Assembly: GCF_963921235.1 (NCBI RefSeq)
Contig: NC_086120.1
Span: 24,862,001-24,926,000, forward strand
Direction: 5' to 3'
Origin: Mobula hypostoma
Lineage: Eukaryota
DNA length: 64,000 nt
In this document: positions 48,547 to 61,461 of the stretch, piece after piece
How the letters are laid out: every line of letters starts with the position of its first letter
Position numbering within the stretch: position 1 is the stretch's first letter
Notes under the pieces: generated by a model
Seen by the model: only the letters and a program-made list of their open reading frames with translations
What the model was told of the DNA's origin: nothing
Databases searched by the model: none
Translations under genes and position numbers: made by a program

Positions 48547-48919
48547 GTGATACAGTTGCTTGGGTGAATAGTGGGGCTGACCATACCAAGGAAGTGTAGT
48601 CCAAGCTGGAGCCAAGGGAACCCTGTCATCACAGCGCTCAGATCACTCGGCCGTGTTAGCCAGTTCCTCCCACTCTCTGAACAGCTTGCAAATTTAAGAA
48701 GCCTTTGGTTGCAGACTGCAGGCTGAGGTTTTTCGGAGGAGTGTAAACCCACAACTTCCATAGATGTGAGCTAATATGCTGCTCACTGAACCACAGATAC
48801 CTGAGTGAGGGAGTGGTACGTAGTTGATGCATCCTGAATTGGTGTCCCAGTGACAAGCAAGTCAAGACTAGTCCAGTGGTCAGTGGAGATATGAGGTTAC
48901 ATTCCAGTCACTTGATACC

Positions 48920-50435
48920 AATAAGATTGAAAGAGTACAGAGAACATTTACAAGGATGTTGCCAGGACTTGAACAGCTGAGTTATAGGATAAGGTTGGAC
49001 TTTATTAGTATAATCTTCTACAGCTATAAAATACAGAAATTCAGCAAATTAGTATATATATATATATAATTAATAAAGATGAAAAGAAAACATATATATG
49101 CTAATAAAAAAAAATTTTATAAAAGAAAAAGAAGGAAAAAAGAGAACCCCAGCTAACTAAGAAAAAACCCACTAACTATAAAACAAAAAAAAGGGGGGAT
49201 AAAACCATTAGGAACCAACTCCCGGAGCGATACATCTTACAATCATAAAAAAAAGAAAAAGAAAACAACAACCACCAAATCACATTTATATAATATAAAA
49301 TTGGAAGGAAACCATGTAAATTGATTCAAATTAAATGATAATATTTAGCAAAAGAGCCCCACCTTCTCTCAAAATCAAATCGGGGGTCAAAAGTTCTACT
49401 TCTAATTTTTTCCAAGCTAAGACATAACATTACTTGGGAAAACCATTGAGTTAGTGTAGGAGCAGAGGTATCTTTCCACTTCAATAAAATAGCTCTTCTT
49501 GCCAACCATGTGATGAATGCAATTACATGTTGGTTTGAAAATGAAATACCCTGAATATGATGTGGAACTATTCCAAAATAGAACAATGTATTAGGTTGTA
49601 AATTAATTTTCAAAGCTTTAGAAATTGTAGAAAATAAAGATTTCCAAAAAGATTTCAACGAAGGACATGACCAGAACATATGTGACAAAGTAGCTATTTC
49701 ATTTTTGCGCCTATCACAGTAATTATCTATATTAGGAAATATATTGGATAGCCTCTCCTTTGTTAAATAATAACGGTGAACAATTTTAAACTGAATTAAA
49801 CAATAATTGGCACATATTGAAGAAGAATTAACCATTTTCAAAACTCGTGACCAGTCTTCATTAACAAAAGTCATATTAAGTTCTCTCTCCCAATCTTGTT
49901 TAACCTTTAGTGAGAGGTTATCTTTTTGTAGTAAAAATAAATTATAAATTCTACCAATGGAACCTCTCACTAAGGGATTCATATTCAAAATAGTGTCCAA
50001 CAAATCAGATTCTTACATATATGGAAACATAGAAACATACATTTAAAAATGAAATGTAATGGACTTTACTCCCTGGAGCGTAGGGAAATGAGGGAATATT
50101 TGATGGAGTATACAAAATTATGAGGGGTATAGACAAGATAAATGCAAGCAGGCTTTTTTTCCACTAAGATTGGGTGAGACTAGAACTAGAGATTATATGT
50201 TAAGGGTGAAAGGTGAAATATTTAAGGGGAATTTCTTCACTTACAGCGTGGTGTGAGTGTGAAATGTGCTGCCAGTGGAACTGTTGGATGCAGGTTTCAT
50301 TGCAATATTTAGGAGAAACATGGGAGGGTTATGGAGGTCTATGGTCCAGCTGAGGGACAATAGAATCACAATTTGACACGGAACAGATGAGCCCAATGGC
50401 CCGTTTCTGTGCTTAGTGCTCTGTAAGTCTATGAC
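48920..50435 (+). mobile_element. CR1 LINE 3' fragment split by an L1 insertion
   Basis: KIERVQRTFTRMLPGL...ggactttatt | ggactttactccctggagcg continues after the insertion. Confidence 0.8.
49007..50058 (-). mobile_element. L1-clade LINE 3' portion (ORF2 C-terminal zinc-knuckle region plus 3' UTR)
   Basis: ORF 49326-50003 reads LIQFKIVHRYYLT...YCDR...TLSHMFWSCP...ARRAILLKWK. It is flanked by duplicated tggacttta(t/c)t. Confidence 0.88.
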
Positions 50436-50720
50436 CATGACTCATTCACAATCAGAATTTGACACTGAGCCCTGGGCAGCCGACCAAAGGATTGGGCATA
50501 AGGGCAAGATTTTAGAGCGCCAGTGGGAGGACAGAAAGGCAAAGAAATGAAGGGAGAAAATTGCATACCAGGCAGAGCTGCCAGCGGTGAAGTGATGTCA
50601 ATAGTAAAGGAAGAGGCCGCACTTAGAGAAGCATAGAGATCAAAAATTTCTTCATTAAGTGGGTAGTGAACTTTGCAATTCTCTATAAAGGGTGCAGTGG
50701 AGATGCAGTTACTGAATATA

Positions 50721-51280
50721 CACTCGGTGGCCACTTTGGTAGATATAGGGGTGTAGAGGTACTGAGTATATTTCTGTATGTTTGTGGTCTCCTGCTGCTG
50801 TTGCCCATCCACTTGATGTTCAACGTGTTGTGCATTCAGAGATGCTCTTCTGCACACCACTGTTGTAACATGTGGTTATTTGAGTTACTGTCGCCTTCCT
50901 GTCAGCTTGAACCAGTTTGGCCATTCTCCTCTGACCTCTCTCTCTAACAAGCATTTTCACCCACAGAACTGCTGCTGACTGGACTTTTTTTGTTTTTCAC
51001 ACAATTCTCTGTAAACTCTAGAGACGTGCGTGAAAATCCCAGGAAATCAGTAAATTCTAAGATACTCAAACCACCCCATCTGACACCAACAGTCATTCCA
51101 CAGTCAGTCACTTGGATCACATTTCTTCCCCATTCTGATATTTTTTTTCTGAACAACAACTGAACCTCTTGACCATGTCTGCATATTTTTATGCATTGAG
51201 TTGCTGCCACATGATTGACTGATTAGTTTTGCATTATCGAGCAGGTTTACAGATGTATTTAATACAGTGACCACGAAGTA
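50721..51280. mobile_element. Tc1-like non-autonomous DNA transposon
   Basis: Degenerate TIRs cactcggtggccacttt / tacagtgaccacgaagta between TA dinucleotides, inserted in a CR1 fragment. Confidence 0.7.
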
Positions 51281-51307
51281 TATTTTCAAGGTAGAGGTGG
51301 ATAGGTT

Positions 51308-52260
51308 CAAAGTTCAGAGTAAATTTATTATCTATGTACATCTATGTCACCATATACAACCCAAAGATTCTTTCTCCTGCGGGCATTCACAGTAGAAACA
51401 TAATAGAATGAAAGACCGCACCCAACAGGACAGACAAACAACCAACGTGCAAAGAACAACAAACTGTGCAAATACAAGAGAAAAATAATAATAAATAAAT
51501 AAGCAATAGATATCGAGAACATGAGATGAGGAGTCCTTGAAAGTGAGTCCATGGGCAGTGAGAACAGTTCAGTGTGTGAAGTTATCCTCTCTGGTTCAAG
51601 AGCCTGATGGTTGAGGGGTAATAACTGTTCCTGAACTTGGTAATGTGGGTACTGAAGCTTCTGTACCTTCATCCTGATGGCAGCAGTGAGAGGAGAGCTT
51701 GACCTGGATGGTGGGGATTTTTGATGATGGATGATGGATTTGATAATTTGATTTGATGATTTGGATTTGATGATGGATGATGGATGCTGCTTTACTGCGA
51801 CAGTGATCTGTGTAGATGTGCTCAATGGTGAGAGGGGCTTTAGCCGTGATGACCTGGACCGTATCTACAACTTTTTATGGGCTTTTCCATTCAAGGGCAT
51901 TGGTATTTCCATACCATGCCATGATGCAATCAGTCAATATACTCTCCATCACACATCTTTAGAAGTTTGCCAGAGTTTTAGATAACATACCAAATCTTCG
52001 CGAAATTCTAGAAGTAGAGGTGCTGCTATGCTATCTTCATAATGGCACTTGTGTGCTGGACCCAGGGCAGTTCCTCAGAAATTGTAACACTGAGGAATTT
52101 AAAATCGCTGACCCTCTGCACCTCTGATGAGGAGCAGCTCATTGACCTCTGGTTTTCTCCTCCTGAAGTCAATAATCAGCTCCCTGGTCTTGCTGACACT
52201 GAGCGAGAGGCTGTTGTGGTACCACTCAACTACTCAACCAGATTTTCAATCTCCCTCCTA
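51308..52260 (-). mobile_element. Old Rex1/Babar-like LINE 3' fragment
   Basis: Decayed RT C-terminal homology (ELIIDFRR, KFLSVTISE.L.W) and a 3' gataataaatttactctgaactttgaac tail. Confidence 0.7.
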
Positions 52261-52419
52261 TGTGCAGATTTGTCACCACATTTTTTTTAAAGAGAATTGA
52301 GGAAAATGGTGAATGTGTAAGAGAATGACACTGAGATAAAAGATCAGTCATGAATTGATTGGATGACAGTACAGGAATGAGGGCAGAATGGTCTACTACC
52401 TTTTTTTTAACATTCTCAG

Positions 52420-52685
52420 GGGAGCCAGAAGTTGACAGCAGTATCGCCCATCTGAGAGGAGACATTGTCAAACTAAGGCAGGGCTACACTGCCATGAAAC
52501 AGACCATCATCAATCTGGGGGACATTTCACCCGATCTGAAGCGCTACCAGCAAAGTGGAAACAGTGAGATCATGCCAGTGGTGCGGGATCTACCCCCACC
52601 TGGGTTCTGCTCACGTTTTCCTGGCATGCTTCAGCAACAGAATAAAGGGAAGGAAGAACTGCAGCAAGATCTTCTAGCTGTCAGG
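52420..52685 (+). CDS. USHBP1: USHBP1 coding exon
   Basis: ttctcag|(G)EPEVDSSIAHLRGDIVKLRQGYTAMKQTII...KEELQQDLLAVR|gtgagt. Phases 1->0, resembling MCC LKDYIQQLK...LMQELMAMK. Confidence 0.92.
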
Positions 52686-53280
52686 GTGAGTGGCTGGGCT
52701 GGCAGCTGGTGGCTTTTTTTGTAAGATGGGGATTTTACAAATTATAAGATGAAGTTGGTTAAATTGGTTTAAAATTCCGATTACCCATAACGTGATTGAA
52801 TTGGGAGGGGGATCAGGGTTTGTTCAGCTGAATGGCCTCCTCTTGTTATATAATACTACAGCACAGGAGGAGGCCTCGTAATGTTGGAGAGGCCCCATCT
52901 TACTCTTGAACAAAATATTGGCCATCAAATCTGAAAGTTTGAACTGTGGCCTCAGTTTAAAATTTCAGCTAATATGCTCTGAGAGTATATCAATTCCCTT
53001 AGAGGTACCAGTAATCTTAGACTGTAGGTGGAAGCCTTTGGAGGGTTTTGAACCCACAACTTTCTAACATAGGTGTGAAGCAGAACCACAGCTGACACCT
53101 GCGAGAAGGAGTGGAGGACAGTTGGTGTCTCAGTGCCAGCCAGATCAAGGCTAGTTCAGTGGCCTGTCGAGGTTTGAGCTAACACCGTAGAGGTTCAGTA
53201 GTCATTGTCTTATGCATTAGATGGTCAAATGACCCAATAGTAATATATTCTCCGTCTCCCTGGATCACTGTGACTATTAG

Positions 53281-53460
53281 GAAGATATGTCCTGGCTGAA
53301 AAGTCAGCTGAGTTGGATGAAGAAGGAGAAGAAAAGATTGGAGCAGAAGCTACAATCTCAAGACCATCAGGATGAAGCCATAAACCTCCTTCTTACACAT
53401 TGGCAAGAACAGCGGGATGAATGGTTGCAGGAGGACCCCAGGACAGACTGTGTTAGGCAG
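53281..53460 (+). CDS. USHBP1: USHBP1 coding exon
   Basis: tattag|EDMSWLKSQLSWMKKEKKRLEQKLQSQDHQDEA...CVRQ|gtatgt, resembling MCC EEMAELKAQLYLLEKEKKALE. Confidence 0.93.
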
Positions 53461-54149
53461 GTATGTCCATGGATAGAGTCACCAACAATGTGCAGGAATT
53501 TTGCCTATGGATATTAGGACATCGACCAGTCTGTGCAGATACCTTAATTATGGGATGTTTGTGTTCCTGCTCCTGACCACAATCCAATGACCACTGATAC
53601 TCTGCTGGGATCGGTGTTCACTCTTGAAGTCGGGTATAGTGGTGACTGAGGAAGTTATGAAATAGGAGTGGAATGGGGTTATTCAGCTGGCATTTAGTAT
53701 GACTTTGCCAGATCTGAAATCACAATTCCACTTTCCTTGATTCCATGACTGTCCAAAAATCTAACAGCCCCAGCCTCAAACGTTCTCACAGAACTGAGCA
53801 GCCCAGGTCACTGAGGGAGGGAATTCCAAAGATGGACTACCATCAGAAAAAATTCTCAGCCCCAAGTGGCTGACCTGCCTACCCACGGCCCCAGACTCCC
53901 CAGCCTGGGGAGGGAGTGTCTCACCATCTGCTCTTTTGACCCCGCTTGGATCCTCGTGTGCACCAATGGAATCACTCCTCACTCTCCTAAACACTGTCAG
54001 TGCAGGCTGGACCAATAACCTGCTGGGAACCGGAACTTCCCTTCCGAGTCCGGCAGTAGCAAAGAGAGGATAATTTTTTTTAAAAATCAGCATTTTACAT
54101 TCCCTGTGCCAATCCTGCTGAGGTCTGATTGACTCTGCTCTAATTTTAG

Positions 54150-54211
54150 GAAACCAAGTCAGCAATGCATAAGGAGGAGCTGGTGTCTGAACCCACAATG
54201 GTCTCCCTGCC
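54150..54211 (+). CDS. USHBP1: Probable USHBP1 coding exon
   Basis: taattttag|ETKSAMHKEELVSEPTMVSL(P)|gtaagt. 62 nt provides the phase 0->2 shift required before 56693. Confidence 0.7.
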
Positions 54212-54723
54212 GTAAGTACAGAATTCACAGGGCAAAATGTCCTGGGGTTACGCTCAGGGTAAGCTCACATTCTGCCTGCTCCTTAGGGCACACCACTTAC
54301 TTGAGATGCCCCCTAAACCTTTTGTTTTCCTACATGTCTTCCTTTTAGTCAGGCCCTCCCCTCCTTTCCGACCTCTGGATTTACCCCCAGGTCTACTGCT
54401 TCTGGTGTGGGGTAAGAGGGAACAGCAACAGTGAAACCAGTGGCCTGAAGACTGAGGTAGCTCATTCCAACATGCTCCGGCTTCTAGTAGCTTGGCCCTG
54501 GGTCTCGTCCGGAGCGTGTGGCATGCGGACGCCCGAAATGCACAGGTGGAGTGCCCTGTTGGGTCCTCCTCCCACAGCAGCTGGAGAAGAGCCAGATGAT
54601 GGCAAGAATGGATAGGATTGGGGTGACGGTTAACATTGCCTCCCCCCACATCGTGCAGGTGGGGAAGGATGACCATCTCACCAGGACGTTTGATAACATG
54701 ACCCAGTCTATTTTGCTCTCTAG

Positions 54724-54838
54724 GGTTCCACCATCAGAAAGACTGAACCCACAGGGAGCCCTTTACATGGGGTTAAGGCCACTGCCCGCTCCTTCAGAAA
54801 ACACAGAACCTTCCAGTACAGAAGCTCCCTGGGCTTCT
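54724..54838 (+). CDS. USHBP1: Possible USHBP1 exon
   Basis: ttttgctctctag|(P)VPPSERLNPQGALYMGLRPLPAPSENTEPSSTEAPWAS|gtaagt. Open in phase 2->0, but needs a partner exon. Confidence 0.5.
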
Positions 54839-55222
54839 GTAAGTTTGGCATAAAACTGTTACGGTGCCAGCAACCGGGTTTCAATTCAGTCTCTACCCGT
54901 GAGGAGCATGTACATCCTCCATGTGCATTTCCTCCAGTTGCCCTGGTCTCCTCCCACCTTCCAGAAGTGTATGGGTAAATAAATAAGTGGTCACATGGGT
55001 GTAATTGGGCACCTCAGGCTCGTTGGGCCGGAAGGACCTGTATCTCTAAATAAATAAATAGGCTGATTTGATGGGGCTGGGGCTGGGAACAGGACAGGAA
55101 GCCCAAGGAAGGAGGGTGTCTGTAAGTGCCAGATGAGCCCCAGTCTCACCCAAGTCAGCAGGAAATTTTCTGGATCTTTCCACAGTTTAAGGTTTAACAA
55201 CAAACTTCCTTAATCCAGACAG

Positions 55223-55242
55223 TTCCAGCAGATCTGCAGCAG
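55223..55242 (+). CDS. USHBP1: Possible 20-nt USHBP1 microexon
   Basis: cttccttaatccagacag|FQQICS(R)|gtaacc restores phase 2 after 54724-54838. An alternative AG at 55217-55218 would give 24 nt. Confidence 0.35.
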
Positions 55243-55494
55243 GTAACCTGGGCGTGGAGGGAGCTTGTTTGCATCTTCTGTCTCTCCCAAAAGCATCCTG
55301 CATCCAGCAACTTATAATGTATTAAATGATGTTCTTCATTTTCAAAATTAAAATCTCTTCCCTTCCTCTATCCTACCAGAAAATGTTGTTGGAAAAACGC
55401 CACTCTTCTCTCCACAGTTCGTGCCAGGTTTAGAGTTGCCTCTGCATTCATTGCTATCTGGTGTCTGGTGTCTGGACGTGTCCTGGAGCATTTG

Positions 55495-56066
55495 GTGATA
55501 CAGTGCTGAGGTGTACACCCTTCTTCACAGATGTCTAGGATATACTGTAGGAGTTGGGATATTCCGTTAAAGTTGTACAAGGCATTGTTCACCTGCCTAC
55601 AGGAAAGATATCAATAAGATTGAAAGAGAACGGAGAAAATTTACAAAGATTTTGTCAGAACTTGAGGAATTTATAAGGAAAGATTAAATAGCTCAGGACT
55701 TTATTCCTTGGAGCATAGGAGAGTTAGGGGAGATTTGATAGCATACAAAATTATGAGGGTTGTAGAGAGAGCAAATGCAAGCAGGCTTTTTCCACCGAGA
55801 TTGGGTGAGACTAGAACTAGTGGCCATATGTTGAGGATGAAAGGCGAAATATTTAAGGGGAACCTGAGGGGGATCTTCTTCACTCAGAGAGGTGTGAGTG
55901 TGGAATGAGCTGTCAGTGCAAGTGGTGTACGTCGGCTTGATTGCAACATTTAAGAGAAATTTGGTAACTACATTGATGGGAGAAGTACGGAAGGCTTTGT
56001 TCCAGGTGCAGGTTGATAAGACTAATAAAAATAACAGTTCGGCATAGACTAGATGGGCCGAAGAGC
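55495..56066 (+). mobile_element. CR1 LINE 3' fragment
   Basis: KIERERRKFT, RRVRGDLIAYKIMR and FFTQRGVSV. Confidence 0.85.
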
Positions 56067-56067
56067 T

Positions 56068-56552
56068 TTATTGACTTTATTTCTTACATCCTTCACATAC
56101 CTGAGAAGTAAAAATCTTTACGTTGCGTCTCCATCTGAATGTGCAATGTGCAAATTATAATTTGTAATAAATAGTATGTACAGTAAGATATACAACAGAA
56201 CAGTCAGTATAGCTTAGAAATACAATTGTGTCAGTGTGAGTTCATCAGACTGATGGCCTGGTGGAAGGAGCTGTCCCGGAGCCTGTTGGTCCTGGCTTTT
56301 ATGCTGTGGTACCATTTCCCGGATGGTAGCAGCTGGAACAGTTTGTGGTTGGGGTGACTCGGGTCCCCAATGATCCTTGGAGCCCTTTTTATGCAACTGT
56401 CGCTGTAAATGTCCTGAATAGTGGGAAGTTCACATCTGCAGATGCGCTGGGCTGTCTGCACCACTCTCTGCAGAGTCCTGCGATTGAGGGAAGAACAGTT
56501 CCCATACCAGGCAGAGATGCAGCCAGTCAGGATGCTCTCAATTGTGCCCCTG
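56068..56552 (-). mobile_element. Rex1/Babar LINE 3' fragment
   Basis: Near-identical to 36715-37205 and to the 3' end of 58548-59840. Confidence 0.9.
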
Positions 56553-56692
56553 CTGAAAGGTTGTTTGTTCCTGCCTGTTGCAGTGCTGTAGTGCTCTATG
56601 ACTCGATAACATTATTCACTAAAAACAGCTGTTCTTTAACTTGATCTGTTGCAAAGTATTTCAGTGAAAACTCAATCTTAATTGTTTTACAG

Positions 56693-56815
56693 AGAAAAGC
56701 ATCTAAGAGATCATATTGAGGAGTTGGCTACATCACTTGCAAGGCTAATAGAAAAGAACAATAACCAAAAGTATCGGTCTGAGGAGCTGGCCACTGAGCT
56801 GAAGAATACTCACAG
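56693..56815 (+). CDS. USHBP1: USHBP1 penultimate coding exon
   Basis: ttttacag|EKHLRDHIEELATSLARLIEKNNNQKYRSEELATELKNTH(S)|gtacaa, resembling MCC REKKLKARVQELVSALERL...DLKRANS. Confidence 0.93.
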
Positions 56816-57988
56816 GTACAAGGGAACAAGAGCTAAAGCGGGGGCGTTTTATTTAATGCACGACAGGAATATAAGCTGGAGTAGGTCAAACAACCCTTTG
56901 AGTTCAGTAAGATCATGGTTGATCTTACTTTGGCCCAGACTCCACTTTCTTGCCCATTCCTCACAGTTCTAGTCTTCCCTGTAGATAAAAATCGCTGATT
57001 TCAGCCTTAAATAATAACTCAGTTGTTGACACTTCAGAGCTCTCTGGGACAGAGAATTCCAGATACTCATGACCTCCTGACAGGATCAACCCCTCCTCGT
57101 CTCCTCGTCTCCTCGTTGGATGGGAAGCCCCTTATTCTGCCACTGACCTCTAACTTTAGATTGTCCAACACCAGTGTGGTTACTATAAGAGTCCACAATC
57201 AATCTCACGTTTCAGTGTGACAATGCCCCATGCTTCTGAATTCAGATGAGAACCAGTCCAGTCGAAACACCCACCATTAAGGTGCCACTTCTTTTCAGAT
57301 TTACAGATATCGACCACCTGACTCACCAGGTCCAGAGGACCAGTCAGTCCCATTAGTTTATCTGCTACCTTTTCACCTGTGATTGCCATCATTTTAAGTA
57401 CATCCTGCCCCTGGGTTTTCTATTATTATTGGGATATGTTAAGTAGCATCTACTTTCAAGATAGGTAAGATATATCAGTCCAGTCTGTGCTACTCACTTT
57501 TTCCCCTTTATTAATTCCCCAGTCTCACTTTCAAGGGACCAACATTCACTTTATTTTCACCCGTACTTAGATTCTTACTGCCTTTTTTTTTTACTTCTTG
57601 CCAATTTATTCTCAATCTATTTTCCCACCATTTTTAGTCATCATTTTTAATTTCTAAATTGAAAATGAATGAGGGTAAAGGGCAAAAGAGTTGCTGGATT
57701 GATTCATCCTTTTCTATCTGTACCTCCTCCAGACAGATTAGTTGCCATTTACAGGATTTCACTGCCCTCTCACCTGACACCCTTCAATCTCACTCATTGC
57801 TCTCGGTTTGCACCGTAACATAGACAATCTCTTCATCCTCTCTATCTCTGCAACTTAAAATATGCTTGTTTGCTAACTTTTCCTAGTTCTGATTAAAGAT
57901 TATCGATCAGAACAATCAACTCTCCACAGACGCTCCTTGACCAACATTTCCAGAATTTTATTTTAAATTCAAGTTTCCAAGATCAAAA

Positions 57989-58191
57989 CGCAAACAACAA
58001 GAATTCTGCAGATGCTGGAAATTCAAGCAACACACATCAAAGTTGCTGATGAACGCAGCAGGCCAGGCAGCATCTCTAGGCAGAGGTACAGTCGACGTTT
58101 CAGGCCGAGACCCTTCGTCAGGAGTCCTGACGACCTGAAATGTCGACTGTACCTCTTCCTGGAGATGCTGCCTGGCTTTGATGTGTGTTGC
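57989..58191. mobile_element. Fold-back Penelope-terminus element
   Basis: Inverted arms meeting at cgtcaggagtcctgacg, with a perfect 14-bp TSD ttccaagatcaaaa (57975-57988, 58192-58205). Confidence 0.9.
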
Positions 58192-58544
58192 TTCCAAGAT
58201 CAAAAGTTTTTTTTGCTTTTCAATTAGATCATGTTTTTTCTAACACGCCAGATTGCAGCATCTATAGTCTTGTGTCTCTAGATTATCTACTCTCTTTTGT
58301 TATATAGCATTTATCCTCATTACCTAACAAAATCTATCTATTAAACTAATCAATGAGTGAATGAGTCACTCAGGCCCAGATCTACCAGCAGCCTGGCTGG
58401 TTCCCTTATTAAGGACTTCCATTTGAAATCAGAGAAAATTATCTATCTACCCATTAATCAGTCCCTTTCATCTTTCAACATTCTGGATATAAATCCAGGC
58501 TGTGCAACCAGTGTTAATAACTCTTAACCCCTTCCAACCTGGAA

Positions 58545-59843
58545 TAACTGACTGGCGTCCTGTTGCACTCACCTCAATAATAAACAAATGCTTTGAGAGA
58601 CTGGTCAAGGACTACATCTGCAGCATGCTATCACCCACACTGGACCCCCTACAATTCACCTACCAACACAACCTATCGACAGAAGATGCAATAGCCACAG
58701 TTCTACACACTATCCTTACACATCTGAAGAAGAAGAATGCTTATGTGAGAATGCTGTTCTTGGACTACAGTTCAGCATTTAACACTATAATTCCATCCAG
58801 GCTCGACAAGAAGCTCAGAGACCTCGGCCTTGACCCTTCCTTGTGCAGCTGGATCCTGGACTTCCTGTCAGATTGCCGGCAGATTGTAAGAGTGGGCTCC
58901 CTCACCTCCACCCCTCTGACTCTCCAGACAGGAGCCCCTCAGGGCTGCGTACTGAGTCCCTTGCTTTACTCCTTGTATTCCCATGACTGTGCCGCCACCC
59001 ACAGCTCTAATTTGCTAATTAAATTTGCCGATGACACTACACTGATTGGCTTTATCTCAAACAATAATGAGGTGGCCTACAGGGAAGAAGTCATCTCTCT
59101 GACACAGTGCTGTCAAGAAAACAATCTCTCCAATGTCGCAAAAACAAAGGAGCTGGTTGTGGACTACAGGAGGAATGGAGATGGGCTAACCCCTTTTGAC
59201 ATCAGTGGATCTGGGGTTGAGAGGGTGAACAGCTTTAAGTTCCTTGGCATCCACATCACCGAGGACCTCACGTGGTCTGTACACATCAGCTGTGTGGTGA
59301 AAAAGGCACAACTGTGCCTCTTTCACTTCAGATGGTTGAGGAAGTTTGCCATAGGTCCCCAAATCCTAAGAACTTACTACAGGGGCACAATTGAGAGCAT
59401 CCTGACTGGCTGCATCACTGCCTGGTATGGGAACTGTACCTCCCTTAATCGCAGGATTCTGCAGAGAGTGGTGCGGACAGCCCAGCGCATCTGTAGATGT
59501 GAACTTCCCATGATTCAGAACATTTACAAGGACAGGTATGAGAAAAGCACCCGAAGGATCATTGGGGACCCGAGTCACCCCAACCACAATCTACTGCAGC
59601 TGCTACCATCCAGAAAATGTTACCGCAGCATAAAAGCCAGGACCAATAGGCTCCGGGACAGCTTCTTCCACCAGGCCATCAGACTGATTAACTCACGCTG
59701 ATTTGGGTATATTTCTATGTTACACTGACTGTTCTATTTATTATAAATTGCTATGATTGCACATTTAGATGGAGACGTATCGTAAAGATTTTTACTCCTC
59801 ATGTATGTGAAGGATGGAAGAAATAAAGTCAATTCAATTCAAT
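58545..59843 (+). mobile_element. Rex1/Babar LINE, 5'-truncated with uninterrupted RT ORF
   Basis: ORF to 59701 with [29 protein letters not shown] and KFADDTT, followed by a (caatt)n tail. Confidence 0.95.
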
Positions 59844-60061
59844 ATTCTGTACACCCCTTCACTACAATCTCCTTAAGGGGATCCCAAAAATGGACCTCAC
59901 TTTTCACATGGTGGTCTAAATGGGCTCTGTTTTCTCTGACAGGAACTCGTACTCTGGCTCCTGGGTCATTCCAGGGTATTTTTTTAAACTAGCTCCACAC
60001 TCATCCACAAGTTTTCAGTGAATTAAATGTTCATATTATGCAACAGCCTGATTAAAATGCA

Positions 60062-60307
60062 AAGCAAGACACACAAAATGCTGGAGGAACTCAGCAGGCC
60101 AGGCAGCATCTATGGAACTGAATAAACAGTCGACAGTTCGGGCCGAGACCTTTCCTCTGGACTGAGCTCACTCCTGAAGAAAGGTCTTGGCCCAATTTGT
60201 CAACTGTTTATTCATTTCCATTGATGCTGCCTGGCCTGCTGAGTTCCTCCAGCACTTTGTGTGTGTTGCTTTGGATTTCCAGTATCTGCAGACTTTCTCG
60301 TGTTTAT
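60062..60307. mobile_element. Fold-back Penelope-terminus element
   Basis: Long inverted arms (cacacaaaatgctggaggaactcagcaggccaggcagcatc / gatgctgcctggcctgctgagttcctccagcactttgtgtg) and a 12-bp TSD gattaaaatgca (60050-60061, 60308-60319). Confidence 0.9.
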
Positions 60308-60335
60308 GATTAAAATGCACGGTTTCTTTGTGCAG

Positions 60336-60510
60336 CAACTTGTGTGCAGCCTTCAGAAGGACCAAGAAGAAGTACGAGAACCAGCTGAACAAACTGGAGT
60401 CACAGGTGGATGCCATGTCTGAGCGCCAGGCTGCCCAACTTCAAATGCTGGAGCAGAGACTGATGAGCCTTCAACAGAAGCTGGACCATAACAATGGCAC
60501 ACCACTGTAG
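60336..60510 (+). CDS. USHBP1: USHBP1 last coding exon
   Basis: tttgtgcag|(S)NLCAAFRRTKKKYENQLNKLESQVDAMSERQAAQLQMLEQRLMSLQQKLDHNNGTPL*, resembling MCC NLVAAYEKAKKKHQNKLKKLESQ. It ends in a class I PDZ motif T-x-L. Confidence 0.95.
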
Positions 60511-61461
60511 CTGAGATCGAAAGACCACACCTGGGACACCTGGGCAGTCTCCGCACACTGAAAAGTTTGAGTATTTTAAGTTCGCCATCAACAGATTGTA
60601 TGAGAGAGTGACGTCCGTGGGTCTAGTAGGAGATTCAATGAATGAGATAGTGTAGCGTATCCTTGGCCATTAGGGAGAAAGTCAATGACTGGTTTTAGGG
60701 AACAGATTCAAGGGTTGTTCCCTCCCTAAGCCTTCACAATTTTCCCCTTTAAGAATTTATCGAGTTCCATGCAGGAAGTTCTTTTTCTTGAAACCGCATC
60801 CACTGCCAAGCACAGCATTGTGATTTCAACAACCAGCTGTCTAAAACATTTCTCTTTCTCTCCCTTCTGATTCTCTTGCCAATTCCTTTCGATCTGTGTC
60901 CCCTGGTCACAAACCCTTCTACCAATGGAAACCGTTTCTCCCCATTTACTCCAGCAAATCACCATTGATGACATTCAACATCTCAATCAGAATTCCTCTG
61001 GTCCAATAAATGGTCCAGTTTATTCCCTGGTCCACTGTGAAAGCTACTAGATAGTTAAGACAACTACCACATCTAAAGTTACATTGCAAAATAGCCCAAT
61101 AAAGCAGAATTTTAAAATACTTCAGTTTGCAATATATATTTAAAATGTTACATATATTATGGGAGAGGTGGTCTAATAATGCTATCAGCTGGTTTTTTGT
61201 TGGAGGGAAGGCGGGGGTAGAGCCACTAGATGGGATTTTTGATGACCACCGCAATGGGAGACTGCCACAAGCTCTAAGCAGAAGATGCGGCTGGGCTCCC
61301 GGTTGCCAACGACACTCACCCACTGGCTGTTGACAAAAGACTAGCCCACTAGTCATCTGGGAGACCTTTGAACTAAAAACAATTAGACCAGTCACATGAA
61401 TACTTTGCCTGCAAGGGAGAGTAAGAGTTTGCGTACCCTCTGTTAAATAACTCAACCCAAA

